The notes under the pieces are model-generated. The model searched no databases and was not told the DNA's origin. It worked only from the letters and a program-made list of their open reading frames with translations. The position numbers were made by a program, and so were the translations under genes. From the human T2T-CHM13v2.0 reference genome, Homo sapiens, in NCBI RefSeq assembly GCF_009914755.1, contig NC_060948.1: a DNA stretch of 64,000 nucleotides; one strand, given 5' to 3'. This document shows positions 14,501-29,452 of this stretch, one piece after another. Position 1 is the stretch's first letter; every line of letters starts with the position of its first letter.

Positions 14501-17500
14501 TGGAATGCAACGGAATGGAACGGACCCGAATGGAATGGAATGGACTCAAATGTAATGGACTCGAATGGAATCGACTGAAATATAATAGACTCGAAAGGAA
14601 TGGCCTCGAGCGGAATTTATTTGAAAAGAATGGAATCATATGGAATACAATAGTAGGGAATGGAATCGAATGGAATGGAATCGAATGGAATGCAATCAAA
14701 TGGAATGGAACGGAATTCAATGTAATGGAGTAGAATGGAATGCATTGGAAAGGAGCAGAGTGGAATCGAGTGGATTGGAATCGAGTGGAATGGAATCAAA
14801 GGGAACGAAATCGAATTGAATGGACTTGAATGGAATTGAGTCGAAAGGAATTGACTCGAAAGGAATGGACTGGAACAAAAAGGAATCAAATGGACAGGAA
14901 TGGAATGGAATGGACTCGAATGGAATGGAGTCAAATGCAAACGCATCGAATGGAATGGATTCAAATGGAATGCAATTGAATGGAATAGAAAGGAAGAGAA
15001 TGGAATTGAGAGTAATGGAAAGATATCGATTGGAATGAAATGGAATGGAAAGGAATTGAATGGAATGGAATGGACTCGAAAGAAATGGATTGGAATGGAA
15101 TGGTCTCCAATGGAATGGACTGGAGTGGAATGGAATCGAATGGAAAGAAAAGAATGGAACGGAATGGAGCGGAAAGGAATAGAATGTTATGGAATCCGAT
15201 TGGACAGAATGGAATGGAATGCAGTTTCATGAAATGGAGTCGAATAGAGTGGCATCAAAAGGAATGGAATGGAGTGGACTCAAAAGGAATGGACTCGAAA
15301 GGAATGGAGTTGAACCAAATTGAATCAAATGGATTGGAGTCGAACAGAATGGAATGGAATTGAATGAACTCGACTGGAGGGGAGAGGAATGAAAAGGAAT
15401 AGAATGGAATGTAATCAAATGGATTGCAAGTGAATGGAATCAAAAATAATAGAAAGGAATGGAGTGTAAAGGGATGATATTGAATTAAATGGAATGGAAT
15501 GGAATTTAATGGAATGGAGTCGAAGGAATGGACAGGAATGTAATGGACTCCAATGGAATGGAATGGATCAAAATGGATTTGAACAGATTGGAATGGACCG
15601 GAATGGAATGCTATGAAATGGAATGGACTCGATCAGAACGGTCTGGAGAGGAATGTACATAAATGGAATGGAAACGAATGGAATGGAATGAAATGGAATG
15701 GAATGCAATGGAATTGAAAGGAACGGAATCAAATGGAACGGAATGGAATGGAATGGAATGGATTGGAATAGAATGGATTCAAATAAAATAGAATCGATTG
15801 CAATGGTATTGAATGGAAGGGACTTGAATGGAATGGAAAGCAATGGAAGATATTGGAATAGAATGGCATCGAATGAAATGGAATGGAACGGAATGGAACG
15901 GACCGGAATGGAATGGAATAGACTCAAATGTAATGGACTCGAATGGAATCGACTGAAATATAATAGACTCGAAAGGAATGGCCTCGAGCGGAATTTATTT
16001 GAATAGAATGGAATCAAATGGAATACAATAGTATGGAATGGAATCGAATGGAATGGAATCGAATGGAATGTAATCAAATGGAATGGAACAGAATTCAATA
16101 TAATGGAGTAGAATGGAATGCATTGGAAAGGAGCAGAGTGGAATCGAGTGGATTGGAATCGAGTGAAATGGAATCAAAGGGAACGAAATCGAATTGAATG
16201 GACTTGAATGGAATTGAGTCGAAAGGAATTGACTCGAAAGGAATGGACTGGAACAAAAAGGAATCAAATGGACAGGAATGGAATGGAATGGACTCGAATG
16301 GAATGGAGTCAAATGCAAACGCATCGAATGGAATGGATTCAAATGGAATGCAATTGAATGGAATAGAAAGGAAGAGAATGGAATTGAGAGTAATGGAAAG
16401 ATATCGATTGGAATGAAATGGAATGGAAAGGAATTGAATGGAAAGGAAAGGACTCGAAAGAAATGGGTTGGAATGGAATGGTCTCCAATGGAATGGACTG
16501 GAGTGGAATGGAATCGAATGGAATGAAAAGAATGGAACGGAATGGAACGTAAAGGAATAGAATGTTATGGAATCCGATTGGTCAGAATGGAATGGAATGC
16601 AGTTTCATGAAATGGAGTCGAATATAGTGGCATCAAAAGGAATGGAATGGAGTGGACTCAAAAGGAATGGACTCGAAAGGAATGGAGTCGAACCAAATTG
16701 AATCAAAGAGATTGGAGTCGAACAGAATGGAATGGAATGGAATGAACTCGACTGGAGTAGAGAGGAATGAAAAGGAATAGAATGGAATGTAATCAAATGG
16801 ATTGCAAGTGAATTGAATCAAAAATAATAGAAAGGAATGGAGTGTAAAAGGATGATATTTAATTAAATGGAATGGAAAGGAATTTAATGGAATGGAGTCG
16901 AAGGAATGGACAGGAATGTAATGGACTCCAATGGAATGGAATGGATCAAAATGAATTTGAACAGATTGGAATCGAACGGAATGGAATGCAATGAAATGGA
17001 ATGGACTCGATCAGAACGGACTGGAGAGGAATGTACACAAATGGAATGGAAACGAATGTAATGGAATGAAATGGAATGGAATGCAATGGAATTGAAAGGA
17101 ACGGAATCAAATGGAATGGAATGGAATGGAATGGAATGGATTGGAATAGAATGGATTCAAATAAAATAGAATCGATTGCAATGGTATTGAATGGAAGGGA
17201 CTTGAATGGAATGGAAAGCAATGGAAGATATTGGAATCGAATGGCATCGAATGAAATGGAATGGAACGGAATAGAACGGACTGGAATGGAATGGAATGGA
17301 CTCAAATGTAATGGACTCGAATGGAATCGACTGAAATACAATAGACTCGAAAGGAATGGCCTCGAGCGGAATTTATTTGAATAGAATGGAATCAAATGGA
17401 ATACAATAGTATGGAATGGAATCGAATGGAATGGAATCGAATGGAATGTAATCAAATGGAATGGAACGGAATTCAATATAATGGAGTACAATGGAATGCA

Positions 17501-20500
17501 TTGGAAAGGAGCAGAGTGGAATCGAGTGGATTGCAATCGAGTGGAATGGAATCAAAGGGAATGAAATCGAATTGAATGGACTTGAATGGAATTGAGTCGA
17601 AAGGAATTGACTCGAAAGGAATGGACTGGAACAAAAAGGAATCAAATGGACAGGAATGGAATGGAATGGACTCGAATGGAATGGAGTCAAATGCAAACGC
17701 ATCGAATGGAATGGATTCAAATGGAGTGCAATTAAATGGAATAGAAAGGAAGAGAATGGAATTGAGAGTAATGGAAAGATATCGATTGGAATGAAATGGA
17801 ATGGAAAGGAATTGAATGGAAATGAATGGACTCGAAAGAAATGGATTGGAATGGAATGGTCTCCAATGGAATGGACTGGAGTGGAATGGAATCGAATGGA
17901 AAGAGTAGAATGGAACGGATTGGAACGGAAAGGAATAGAATGTTATGGAATCCGATTGGACAGAATGGAATGGAATGCAGTTTCATGAAATGGAGTCGAA
18001 TAGAGTGGCATCAAAAGGAATGGAATGGAGTGGACTCAAAAGGAATGGACTCGAATGGAATGGAGTCGAACCAAATTGAATCAAATGGATTGGAGTCGAA
18101 CAGAATGGAATGGAATGGAATGAAGTCGACTGGAGTAGAGAGGAATGAAAAGGAATAGAATGGAATGTAATCAAATGGATTGCAAGTGAATGGAATCAAA
18201 AATAATAGAAAGGAATGGAGTGTAAAGGGATGATATTGAATTAAATGGAATGGAATGGAATTTAATGGAATGGAGCCGAAGGAATGGACAGGAATGTAAT
18301 GGACTCTAATGGAATGCAATGGATCAAAATGGATTTGAACAGATTGGAATCGAACGGAATGGAATGCAATGAAATGGAATGGACTCGATCAGAAAGGACA
18401 GGAGAGGGATGTACACAAATGGAATGGAAACGAAAGGAATGGAATGAAATGGAATGGAATGCAATGTAATTGAAAGGAACGGAATCAAATTGAACGGAAT
18501 GGAATGGAATGGAATGGATTGGAATAGAATGGATTCAAATAAAATTGAATCGATTGCAATGGTATTGATTGGAAAGGACTTGAATGGAATGGAAAGCAAT
18601 GGAAGATATTGGAATCGAATGGCATCGAATGAAAGGGAATGGAACGGAATGGAATGGAGCGTAATGGATTGGAATGGACTCAAATGTAATGGACTCGAAT
18701 GGAATCGACTGAAATATAATAGACTCGAAAGGAATGGCCTCGAGCGGAATTTATTTGAATAGAATGGAATCAAATGGAATACAATAGTATGGAATGGAAT
18801 CAAATGGAATGGAATCGAATGGAATATAATCAAATGGAAGGGAACAGAATTCAATATAATTTAGTAGAATGGAATGCATTGGAAAGGAGCAGAGTGGAAT
18901 CGAGTGGATTGGAATCGAGTGGAATGGAATCAAAGGGAACGAAATCGAATTGAATGGACTTGAATGGAATTGAGTCGAAAGGAATTGACTCGAAAGGAAT
19001 GGACTGGAACAAAAAGGAATCAAATGGACAGGAATGGAATGGAATGGACTCGAATGGAATGGAGTCAAATGCAAACGCATCGAATGGAATGGATTCAAAT
19101 GGAATGCAATTGAATGGAATAGAAAGGAAGAGAATGGAATTGAGAGTAATGGAAAGATATCGATTGGAATGAAATGGAATGGAAAGGAATTGAATGGAAT
19201 GGAATGGACTCGACAGAAATGGATTGGAATGGAATGGTCTCCAATGGAATGGACTGGAGTGGAATGGAATCGAATGGAAAGAAAAGAATGGAATGGAATG
19301 TAGCGGAAAGGAATAGAATGTTATGGATTCCGATTGGACAGAATGGAATGGAATGCAGTTTCATGAAATGGAGTCGAATAGAGTGGCATCAAAAGGATTG
19401 GAATGGAGTGGACTCAAAAGGAATGGACTCGAAAGGAATGGAGTTGAACCAAATTGAATCAAATGGATTGGAGTTGAACAGAATGGAATGGAATTGAATG
19501 AACTCGACTGGAGTGGAGAGGAATGAAAAGGAATAGAATGGAATGTAATCAAATGGATTGCAAGTGAATGGAATCAAAAACAATAGAAAGGAATGGAGTG
19601 TAAAGGGATGATATTGAATTAAATGGAATGGAATGGAATTTAATGGAATGGAGTCGAAGGAATGGACAGGAATGTAATGGACTCCAATGGAATGGAATGG
19701 ATCAAAATGGATTTGAACAGATTGGAATGGACCGGAATGGAATGCTATGAAATGGAATGGACTCGATCAGAACGGTCTGGAGAGGAATGTACATAAATGG
19801 AATGGAAACGAATGGAATGGAATGAAATGGAATGGAATGCAATGGAATTGAAAGGAACGGAATCAAATGGAACGGAATGGAATGGAATGGAATGGATTGG
19901 AATAGAATGGATTCAAATAAAATAGAATCGATTGCAATGGTATTGAATGGAAGGGACTTGAATGGAATGGAAAGCAATGGAAGATATTGGAATAGAATGG
20001 CATCGAATGAAATGGAATGGAACGGAATGGAACGGACCGGAATGGAATGGAATAGACTCAAATGTAATGGACTCGAATGGAATCGACTGAAATATAATAG
20101 ACTCGAAAGGAATGGCCTCGAGCGGAATTTATTTGAATAGAATGGAATCAAATGGAATACAATAGTATGGAATGGAATCGAATGGAATGGAATCGAATGG
20201 AATGTAATCAAATGGAATGGAACGGAATTCAATATAATGGAGTAGAATGGAATGCATTGGAAAGGAGCAGAGTGGAATCGAGTGGATTGGAATCGAGTGG
20301 AATGGAATCAAAGGGAACGAAATCGAATTGAATGGACTTGAATGGAATTGAGTCGAAAGGAATTGACTCGAAAGGAATGGACTGGAACAAAAACGAATCA
20401 AATGGACAGGAATGGAATGGAATGGACTCGAATGGAATGGAGTCAAATGCAAACGCATCGAATGGAATGGATTCAAATGGAATGCAATTGAACGGAATAG

Positions 20501-23500
20501 AAAGGAAGAGAATGGAATTGAGAGTAATGGAAAGATATCGATTGGAATGAAATGGAATGGAAAGGAATTGAATGGAAAGGAAAGGACTCGAAAGAAATGG
20601 GTTGGAATGGAATGGTTTCCAATGGAATGGACTGGAGTGGAGTGGAATCGAATGGAATGAAAAGAATGGAACGGAATGGAACGGAAAGGAATAGAATGTT
20701 ATGGAATCCGATAGGACAGAATGGAATGGAATGCAGTTTCATGAAATGGAGTCGAATAGAGTGGCATGAAAAGGAATGGAATGGAGTGGACTCAAAAGGA
20801 TTGGACTCGAAAGGAAAGAAGTCGAACCAAATTGAATCAAATGGATTGGAGTCGAACAGGATGGAATGGAATGGAATGAAGTCGACTGGAGTAGAGAGGA
20901 ATGAAAAGGAATAGAATGGAATGTAATCAAATGGATTGCAAGTGAATGGAATCAAAAATAATAGAAAGGAATGGAGTGTAAAAGGATGATATTTAATTAT
21001 ATGGAATGGAATGGAATTTAATGGAATGGAGTCGAAGGAATGGACAGGAATGTAATGGACTCCAATGGAATGGAATGGATCAAAATGGACTTGAACAGAT
21101 TGGAATCGAACGGAATGGAATGCAATGAAATAGAATGGACTCGATCAGAACGGACTGGAGAGGAATGTACACAAATGGAATGGAAACGAATGGAATGGAA
21201 TGAAATGGAATGGAAGGCAATGGAATTGAAAGGAACGGAATCAAATGGAATGGAATGGAATGGAATGGATTGGAATAGAATGGATTCAAATAAAATAGAA
21301 TCGATTGCAATGTTATTGAATGGAAGGGACTTGAATGGAATGGAAAGCAATGGAAGATATTGGAATCGAATGGCATCGAATGAAATGGAATGGAACGGAA
21401 TGGAACGGACCCGAATGGAATGGAATGGACTCAAATGTAATGGACTCGAATGGAATCGACTGAAATATAATATACTCGAAAGGAATGGCCTCGAGCGGAA
21501 TTTATTTGAATAGAATTTAATCAAATGGAATACAATAGTATGGAATGGAATCGAATGGAATGGAATCGAATGGAATGGAATCAAATGGAATGGAACGGAA
21601 TTCAATATAATGGAGTAGAATGGAATGCATTGGAAAGGAGCAGAGTGGAATCGAGTGGATTGGAATCGAGTGGAATGGAATCAAAGGGAACGAAATCGAA
21701 TTGAATGGACTTGAATGGAATTGAGTCGAAAGGAATTGACTCGAAAGGAATGGACTGGAACAAAAAGGAATCAAATGGACAGGAATGGAATGGAATGGAC
21801 TCGAATGGAATGTAGTCAAATGCAAACGCATCGAATGGAATGGATTCAAATGGAATGCAATTGAATGGAATAGAAAGGAAGATAATGGAATTGCGAGTAA
21901 TGGAAAGATATCGATTGGAATGAAATGGAATGGAAAGGAATTGAATGGAAAGGAATGGACTCGAAAGAAATGGGTTGGAATGGAATGGTCTCCAATGGAA
22001 TGGACTGAAGTGGAATGGAATCGAATGGAATGAAAAGAATGGAACGGAATGGAACGGAAAGGAATAGAATGTTATGGAATCCGATTGGACAGAATGGAAT
22101 GGAATGCAGTTTCATGAAATGGAGTCAAATAGAGTGGCATCAAAAGGAATGGAATGGAGTGGACTCAAGAGGAATGGACTCGAAAGGAATGGAGGCGAAC
22201 CAAATTGAATCAAATGGATTGGAGTCGAACAGAATGGAATGGAATGGAATGAACTCGAGTGGAGTAGAGAGGAATGAAAAGGAATAGAATGGAATGTAAT
22301 CAAATGGATTGCAAGTGAATGGAATCAAAAATAATAGAAAGGAATGGAGTGTAAAGGGATGATATTGAATTAAATGGAATGGAACGGAATTTAATGGAAT
22401 GTAGTCGAAGGAATGGACAGGAATGTAATGGACTCCAATGGAATGGAATAGATCAAAATGGATTTGAACAGATTGGAATCGAACGGAATGGAATGCAATG
22501 AAAAGGAATGGACTCGATCAGAACGGACTGGAGAGGAATGTACACAAATTGAATGGAAACGAATGGAATGGAATGAAATGGAATGGAATGCAATGGAATT
22601 GAAAGGAACGGAATCAAATGGAACGGAATGGAATGGAATGGAATGGATTGGAATAGAATGGATTCAAATAAAATAGAATCGATTGCAATGGTATTGAATG
22701 GAAGGGACTTGAATGGAATGGAAAGCTATGGAAGATATTGGAATCGAATGGCATCGAATGAAATGGAATGGAACGGAATGGAACGGACCGGAATGGAATG
22801 GAATGGACTCAAATGTAATGGACTCGAATGGAATCGACTGAAATATAATAGACTCGAAAGGAATGGCCTCGAGCGGAATTTATTTGAATAGAATGGAATC
22901 AAATGGAATACAATAGTATGGAATGGAATCGAATGGAATGGAATCGAATGGAATGTAATCAAATGGAATGGAACGGAATTCAATATAATGGAGTAGAATG
23001 GAATGCATTGGAAAGGAGCAGAGTGGAATCGAGTGGATTGGAATCGAGTGGAATGGAATCAAAGGGAACGAAATCGAATTGAATGGACTTGAATGGAATT
23101 GAGTCGAAAGGAATTGACTCGAAAGGAATGAACTGCAACAAAAAGGAATCAAATGGACAGGAATGGAATGGAATGGACTCGAATGGAATGGAGTCAAATG
23201 CAAACGCATCGAATGGAATGGATTCAAAGGGAATGCAATTGAATGGAATAGAAAGTAAGAGAATGGAATTGAGAGTAATGGAAAGATATCGATTGGAATG
23301 AAATTGAATGGAAAGTAATTGAATGGAAAGGAAAGGACTCGAAAGAAATGGGTTGGAATGGAATGGTCTCCAACGGAATGGACTGGAGTGGAATGGAATC
23401 GAATGGAATGAAAAGAATGGAACGGAATGGAACGGAAAAGAATAGAATGTTATGGAATCCGATTGGACAGAATGGAATGGAATGCAGTTTCATGAAATGG

Positions 23501-23895
23501 AGTCGAATAGAGTGGCATCAAAAGGAATGGAATGGAGTGGTCTCAAATCGAATGGACTCGAAAGGAATGGAGCCGAACCAAATTGAATCAAATGGATTGG
23601 AGTCGAACAGAATGGAATGGAATGGAATGAACTCGACTGGAGTAGAGAGGAATGAAAAGGAATAGAATGGAATGTAATCAAATGGATTGCAAGTGAATGG
23701 AATCAAAAATAATAGAAAGGAATGGAGTGTAAAGGGATGATATGGAATAAAATGGAATGGAATGGAATTTAATGGATTGGAGTCGAAGGAATGGACAGGA
23801 ATGTAATGGACTCCAATGGAATGGAATGGATCAAAATGGATTTGAACAGATTGGAATCGAACGGAATGGAATGCAATGGAATGGAATGGACTCGA
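10161..23895 (+). repeat. Short array 1: 10 tandem copies (U1-U10) of a ~1.37-1.38 kb sub-unit
   Basis: Copy starts (TCAGAACGG or TCAGAAAGG) at 10161, 11529, 12882, 14260, 15633, 17011, 18389, 19767, 21145 and 22518. Lengths are 1368, 1353, 1378, 1373, 1378, 1378, 1378, 1378, 1373 and 1378 bp. Each copy has one GGCCTCGAGCGG, one CAAATGCAAACGCATC and one CAAAAA(T/C)AATAGAAAGG. The long-unit sequence resumes at 23896. The ORF track repeats with the same spacing (e.g. 15995, 17373, 18751, 20129). Confidence 0.92.
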
Positions 23896-26800
23896 ATGGA
23901 GAAGAGACAAATGGAATGGAAACGAATTCAATGGAATTGAAAAGAATAGAATGGAATGGTGTGTAATGGTAAGATACTAAATGGAATGGAATTGAATGGA
24001 ATGTAGTGGAATGGACCCAAATGTAGTGCACTCGAAAGGAATATACTCAAATAGAATGGAATCGAAAGGAAAGGTCTCAAATGGAATTTATTCAATACAA
24101 TGGAATCGAATGGAATGCAATAGAATGGAAAGGAATCGAATGTAATGGAATCAAATAGAATGGACCAGAATGGAATGGACTGCCATAGAACGGACTGCAG
24201 TGTAATGGATTGAATTCTAATTCATTCAAATGGAATGGAATTGAATGGAATGGAATCCAATGGAATGGATAGGATTGTACTGGAATGGAATAGCATGGAA
24301 TGCAACGGAGTGGAATGGAGTTGAATGAATTGGAATGGAATCGATTGGAATGGAATCAAATGGAATGGACGGGAATGGAATGGACTGGAATAGAACAGAC
24401 TCGAATATAATGGATTGCAATGTAATTGATTCAAATGGAATGGAATCGAATGGAATGTAATAAAATTGAAGGGATTGGAGTTCAATGCAATGGAATAGAA
24501 TGGAATGCAAAGGAAAGGAAAGGCACGGAGTGAAATCGAGTGTAATGGAATCGAATGGAATGAAATCGAATGGAATGGACACAAAAGAAATGGACGTGGG
24601 ACAAAACGGAATCGAACTGATTGGAATCGAATGGAACGGAATGGAATGGAATGGTCTCCATTGGATGGGAGTAGAACGGATTGGAATGAAATGGAATGGA
24701 AAGGAATAGAATGGAATGGAAAGGAATGGAAGGTAACGGAAAGATATCGAACGGATTGGAAAGGAATGGAATGGACGCTAATGGAATGGAATGGAATTCA
24801 ACAGAAACGAATGGAATGGACTGGAGTGAAATGGAGTCGAATGTAATTGACTGGAGAAGAATGAACTCGAAAGGAATGGACTCGAATAGAATGTACTGGA
24901 ATGGATTGTACTCGAATGGAGTGGAAAGGAATAAAATGGATTCCACCAGATTGGAATGAAATAGAATGTAATGGAATGGAATGGAATGCAATGGAATGGC
25001 TCGAATGGAATGGAGTCGAATGCAATGGAAGAGAAAGGAAAGGAATTGAATGGAATTGAAAGTAAGAGAAGTAAAAGGAGTGCAAAGGAAAGAAATGGAA
25101 TGGAATGGATCGAAAAGAAATAGAATGGAATGGACAGGAATGGAATGGAATAGAATGGAATAGACTGGCGTGCAATGAAAACGAATGGAATGGAAACGAA
25201 TGGAATGGAATGGAAAGGAATGGAGTAGAATAAATACTATGGAATGGAATGGAATGGAATGGAATGGAATGGAATGGAGGCGAAAGGAAAAGAATGGATT
25301 GGAATGTCACCGAATGGAAAGATATGGAATGGAAAGGAATGGATAGGAATGGAATGGAATAGAAAGGAACGGAAAGGTAAAGAATGGAATGGAAGCCGAC
25401 AGAATGGAATGCAATGTAATGGAGTCGAATGGAAAATAATCGAGTAGAATGATATCTAATGGAATGGAATTTAATGGAATGGAATGGAATGGAATGGACT
25501 CGAATGGCATGTACTCAAATGGATTAGAATAGAATGGAATGGAACTAAACGTAATGAACTCGAATGGAATGGACACAAATAGAATGGAAGAGAAAGAAAT
25601 GGTATTGAATGGAATTTATTCGAATAGAATGGAATTCAATGGAATGCAACAGTGTGGCATGGAATCAAATGGAATGGAATCGAATGGAATGGACCCGAAT
25701 GGAATGGACTCACATAGAACAGTCTCGAATGTAATGGATTACAATGTATTAGATTCGAAAGGACTGAAATCGAATGGAATGTAATCAAATAGAACGGAAT
25801 TGAATGCATGGAATGGCATAGAAAGTAATGCAATGGAATGGAATAGACTGGAATGGAATGGAATCGGATTGAATGTAATGAAATGTAATGGAAGGAATGC
25901 CATGGAATGGAATGGAATGGAATACAATGGGACGGTGTATAATGGAGTGCAATGGATTTCAGAGGAATGTAGCCAAAGGAATGAAATAGAATGGAATTCA
26001 ATATAATGGAATGGCATCCAATGGCAAGGAATGGAGTGGACTCCAATGGAAACGACATGAAAGGAATATAATATAATGGAATGGCATTGAAAGAAATGGA
26101 ATGCAATGGAGTTAAAAGGTAAAATATCGAATGGAAAAGAATTGAATGGACTCGAATGGAATATAATGGAATGGAATGGACTCGAATGGAATGTACTAGT
26201 GTTGAATGGAATCGAATGGAATGGAAAACAATGGAAAGGAAAGGAAGGGAATTGAAAGGAAAGGAATAGAATGGAATGGAATCGGATGGAACAGAATTGA
26301 ATGGAATGGAAACTAAAGGAATAGAATAGAAAGGAATGGCATTGAATGGAATAGAAATGAATGGAATCAGATGGAACAGAAAGGAATGGAATAGAATCGA
26401 ATGGAATGGCATCGAATGGATTGGAATGGAATGGAATGGAATGGAATGGAAAAGAATGGAATGGAGTCAAATGGAATGTACTCAAATGGAATAGAATAGA
26501 ATGGAATGGAAGTAAATATAATGGACTCGAGTGGAATGGATTGGAATAAATTGGAATTGAATGTATTGGATTTGAATGGAAAGGAATGGAATGGAATGGA
26601 ATGGAATGGAATGGATTCGAATGGAATGGAACGAATTGGAATGTAATTGAATGGAGTCGAAAACAGTAGAAAGAAAAGAAGTTTAATCGAATGATATCGA
26701 ATGGAATTGAATGGAATGTACGTGAAAGGAATGGACAGGAATGGAATGGAATGACATGTAATGGAATCAAAAGGAATGGAATCGAATGAAATGGAATTGA

Positions 26801-29452
26801 ATGGAATAGAAAGGAATAGAATGGAATGGAGTTTAATGGAAAGATATTAAAAGTAATGGAATGGAATTGAGTGGACACAAGGGGAATGGACTGGAATGGA
26901 AAGGACTCGAATGAAATGGACCACATTAGAATGGACTCGAATGGAACGGATTGGTGTGGAATGGTCTCGAATGGATGGGAAACGAATGGAATGGAAAAGA
27001 ATAGAATGGAATGTAATCAAATGGAACGAAATGGAATGGAATGGATTCGACTGGAACAGAATTGAATGGAGTGGAATTGAATGGAATGGAAGGCAATCGA
27101 ATGGAAAGGACACGAATGGAATAGAAAGAAATGAAATGGCATAGAATGGAATGGAATGGAATGGAATGGAATGGAATGGCATGGAATGGAATGGAATGGA
27201 ATGGAATGGAATTGAATGAAATGGATTGGAATGGGATGGGCCCAAAAGTAATGGACTAAAATAAAAGGGACTCAAATAGAATGAATTGTAAAGAAACGGT
27301 CTCGAATGTAATTTATTCGAATAGAATGATATTGAATGTTACGCAATAGTATGGAATGGTATCGAATAGAATGGAATGGAATGGAACGGAATGGAGTGCA
27401 TTTGAACGGACTCAAATGCAATAAATTGCACTATAATTGATTCAAATGGAATGGAATCGAATAGAATGTAAACAAATGGAATGGAAGGCAATGCAATGGA
27501 AAGGAATCGAATGAAATGGCATAAATGGGATGGAATCGAATGGAAAGGACGCGAATATAATGGAGTGTCAAGGAAAGGTGTCGAATCGAATTTATTCCAA
27601 TAGAATGGAATCGAATGGAATGCAATACTATTGAATCAAATCGAATGGAATGGAATTGAATGGAATGGACAGGAATGGAATGAACTGGAAGTGAATGGAC
27701 AAGAACATAATATATTGCAATGTAATTTATTCAAATGGAATGGAATGCAATAGAATGGAATGGACGCGATTGCAATGGACTGGAGTGGAATGGACTGAAA
27801 TGGAATTTAAACGAATATAATGCAATGGAACGGAAAGCAAAGGAATCTACCGGAATGGAATCGAACGGAACAGAAAGGAATGGAATGGAATGGAGTGGAA
27901 TGGACTCGAATGGAATGTATTCGAATGTAATGGACCGGAAAGGAATGGAATCCAAAGGAATGGAATTGAATGGAATGAAAAGGAATAGAAAGGAATAGAG
28001 TGTAATTGAATGATATCGAATGGAAGGGAATGGAATGAAGTCGAATGGAATGCACTGGAATGGAATGGACTCAATCAGAACGGACTGGAGAGGAATGTAC
28101 ACAAATGGAATGGAAACGAATGGAATGGAATGAAATGGAATGGAATGCAATGGAATTGAAAGGAACGGAATCAAAAGGAATGGAATGGAATGGATTGGAA
28201 TAGAATGGATTCAAATAAAATAGAATCGATTGGAATGGTATTGAATGGAAGGGACTTGAATGGAATGGAAAGCAATGGAAGATATTGGAATCGAATGGCA
28301 TCGAATGAAATGTAATGGAACGGAATGGAACGGACCCGAATGGAATGGAATGGACTCAAATGTAATGGACTCGAATGGAATCGAATGAAATATAATAGAC
28401 TCGAAAGGAATGGCCTCGAGCGGGATTTATTTGAATAGAATGGAATCAAATGGAATGCAATAGTATGGAATGGAATCGAATGGAATGGAATCGAATGGAA
28501 TGTAATCAAATGGAATGGAACGGAATTCAATATAATGGAGTAGAATGGAATGCATTGGAAAGGAGCAGAGTGGAATCGAGTGGATTGGAATCGAGTGGAA
28601 TGGAATCAAAGGGAACGAAATCGAATTGAATGGACTTGAATGGAATTGAGTCGAAAGGAATTGACTCGAAAGGAATGGACTGGAACAAAAAGGAATCAAA
28701 TGGACAGGAATGGAATGGAATGGACTCGAATGGAATGGAGTCAAATGCAAACGCATCGAATGGAATGGATTCAAATGGAATGCAATTGAATGGAATAGAA
28801 AGGAAGAGAATGTAATTGAGAGTAATGGAAAGATATGGATTGGAATGAAATGGAATGGAAAGGAATTGAATGGAAAGGAATGGACTCGAAAGAAATGGAT
28901 TGGAATGGAATGGTCTCCAATGGAATGGACTGGAGTGGAATGGAATCGAATGGAATGAAAAGAATGGAACGGAATGGAACGGAAAGGAATAGAATGTTAT
29001 GGAATCCGATTGGACAGAATGGAATGGAAAGGAATGGAGTTTCATAAAATGGAGTCGAATAGAGTGGCATCAAAAGGAATGGAATGGAATGGAGTGGACT
29101 CAAAAGGAATGGACTCGAAGGGAATGGAGTCGAAGCAAATTGAATCAAATGGATTGGAGTCGAACAGAATGGAATGGAATGGAATGAACTCGCCTGGATT
29201 AGAGAGGAATGTAAAGGAATAGAATGGAATGTAATCAAATGGATTGCAAGTGAATGGAATCAAAAATAATAGAAAGGAATGGAGTGTAAAGGGATGATAT
29301 GGAGTAAAATGGAATGGAATGGAATTTAATGGAATGGAGTCGAAGGAATGGACAGGAATGTAATGGACTCCAATGCAATGGAATGGATCAAAATGGATTT
29401 GAACAGATTGGAATCGAACGGAATGGAATGCAATGGAATGGAATGGACTCGA
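23896..29452 (+). repeat. Long higher-order unit L3 (5557 bp)
   Basis: PstI at 24195 and next at 29752; full marker order preserved. Confidence 0.9.

Noticed and set aside
10161-23895. CRISPR-like or cassette-like array
   Set aside because: Whole units repeat without unique spacers, there are no cas or recombinase genes, and the context is eukaryotic satellite.
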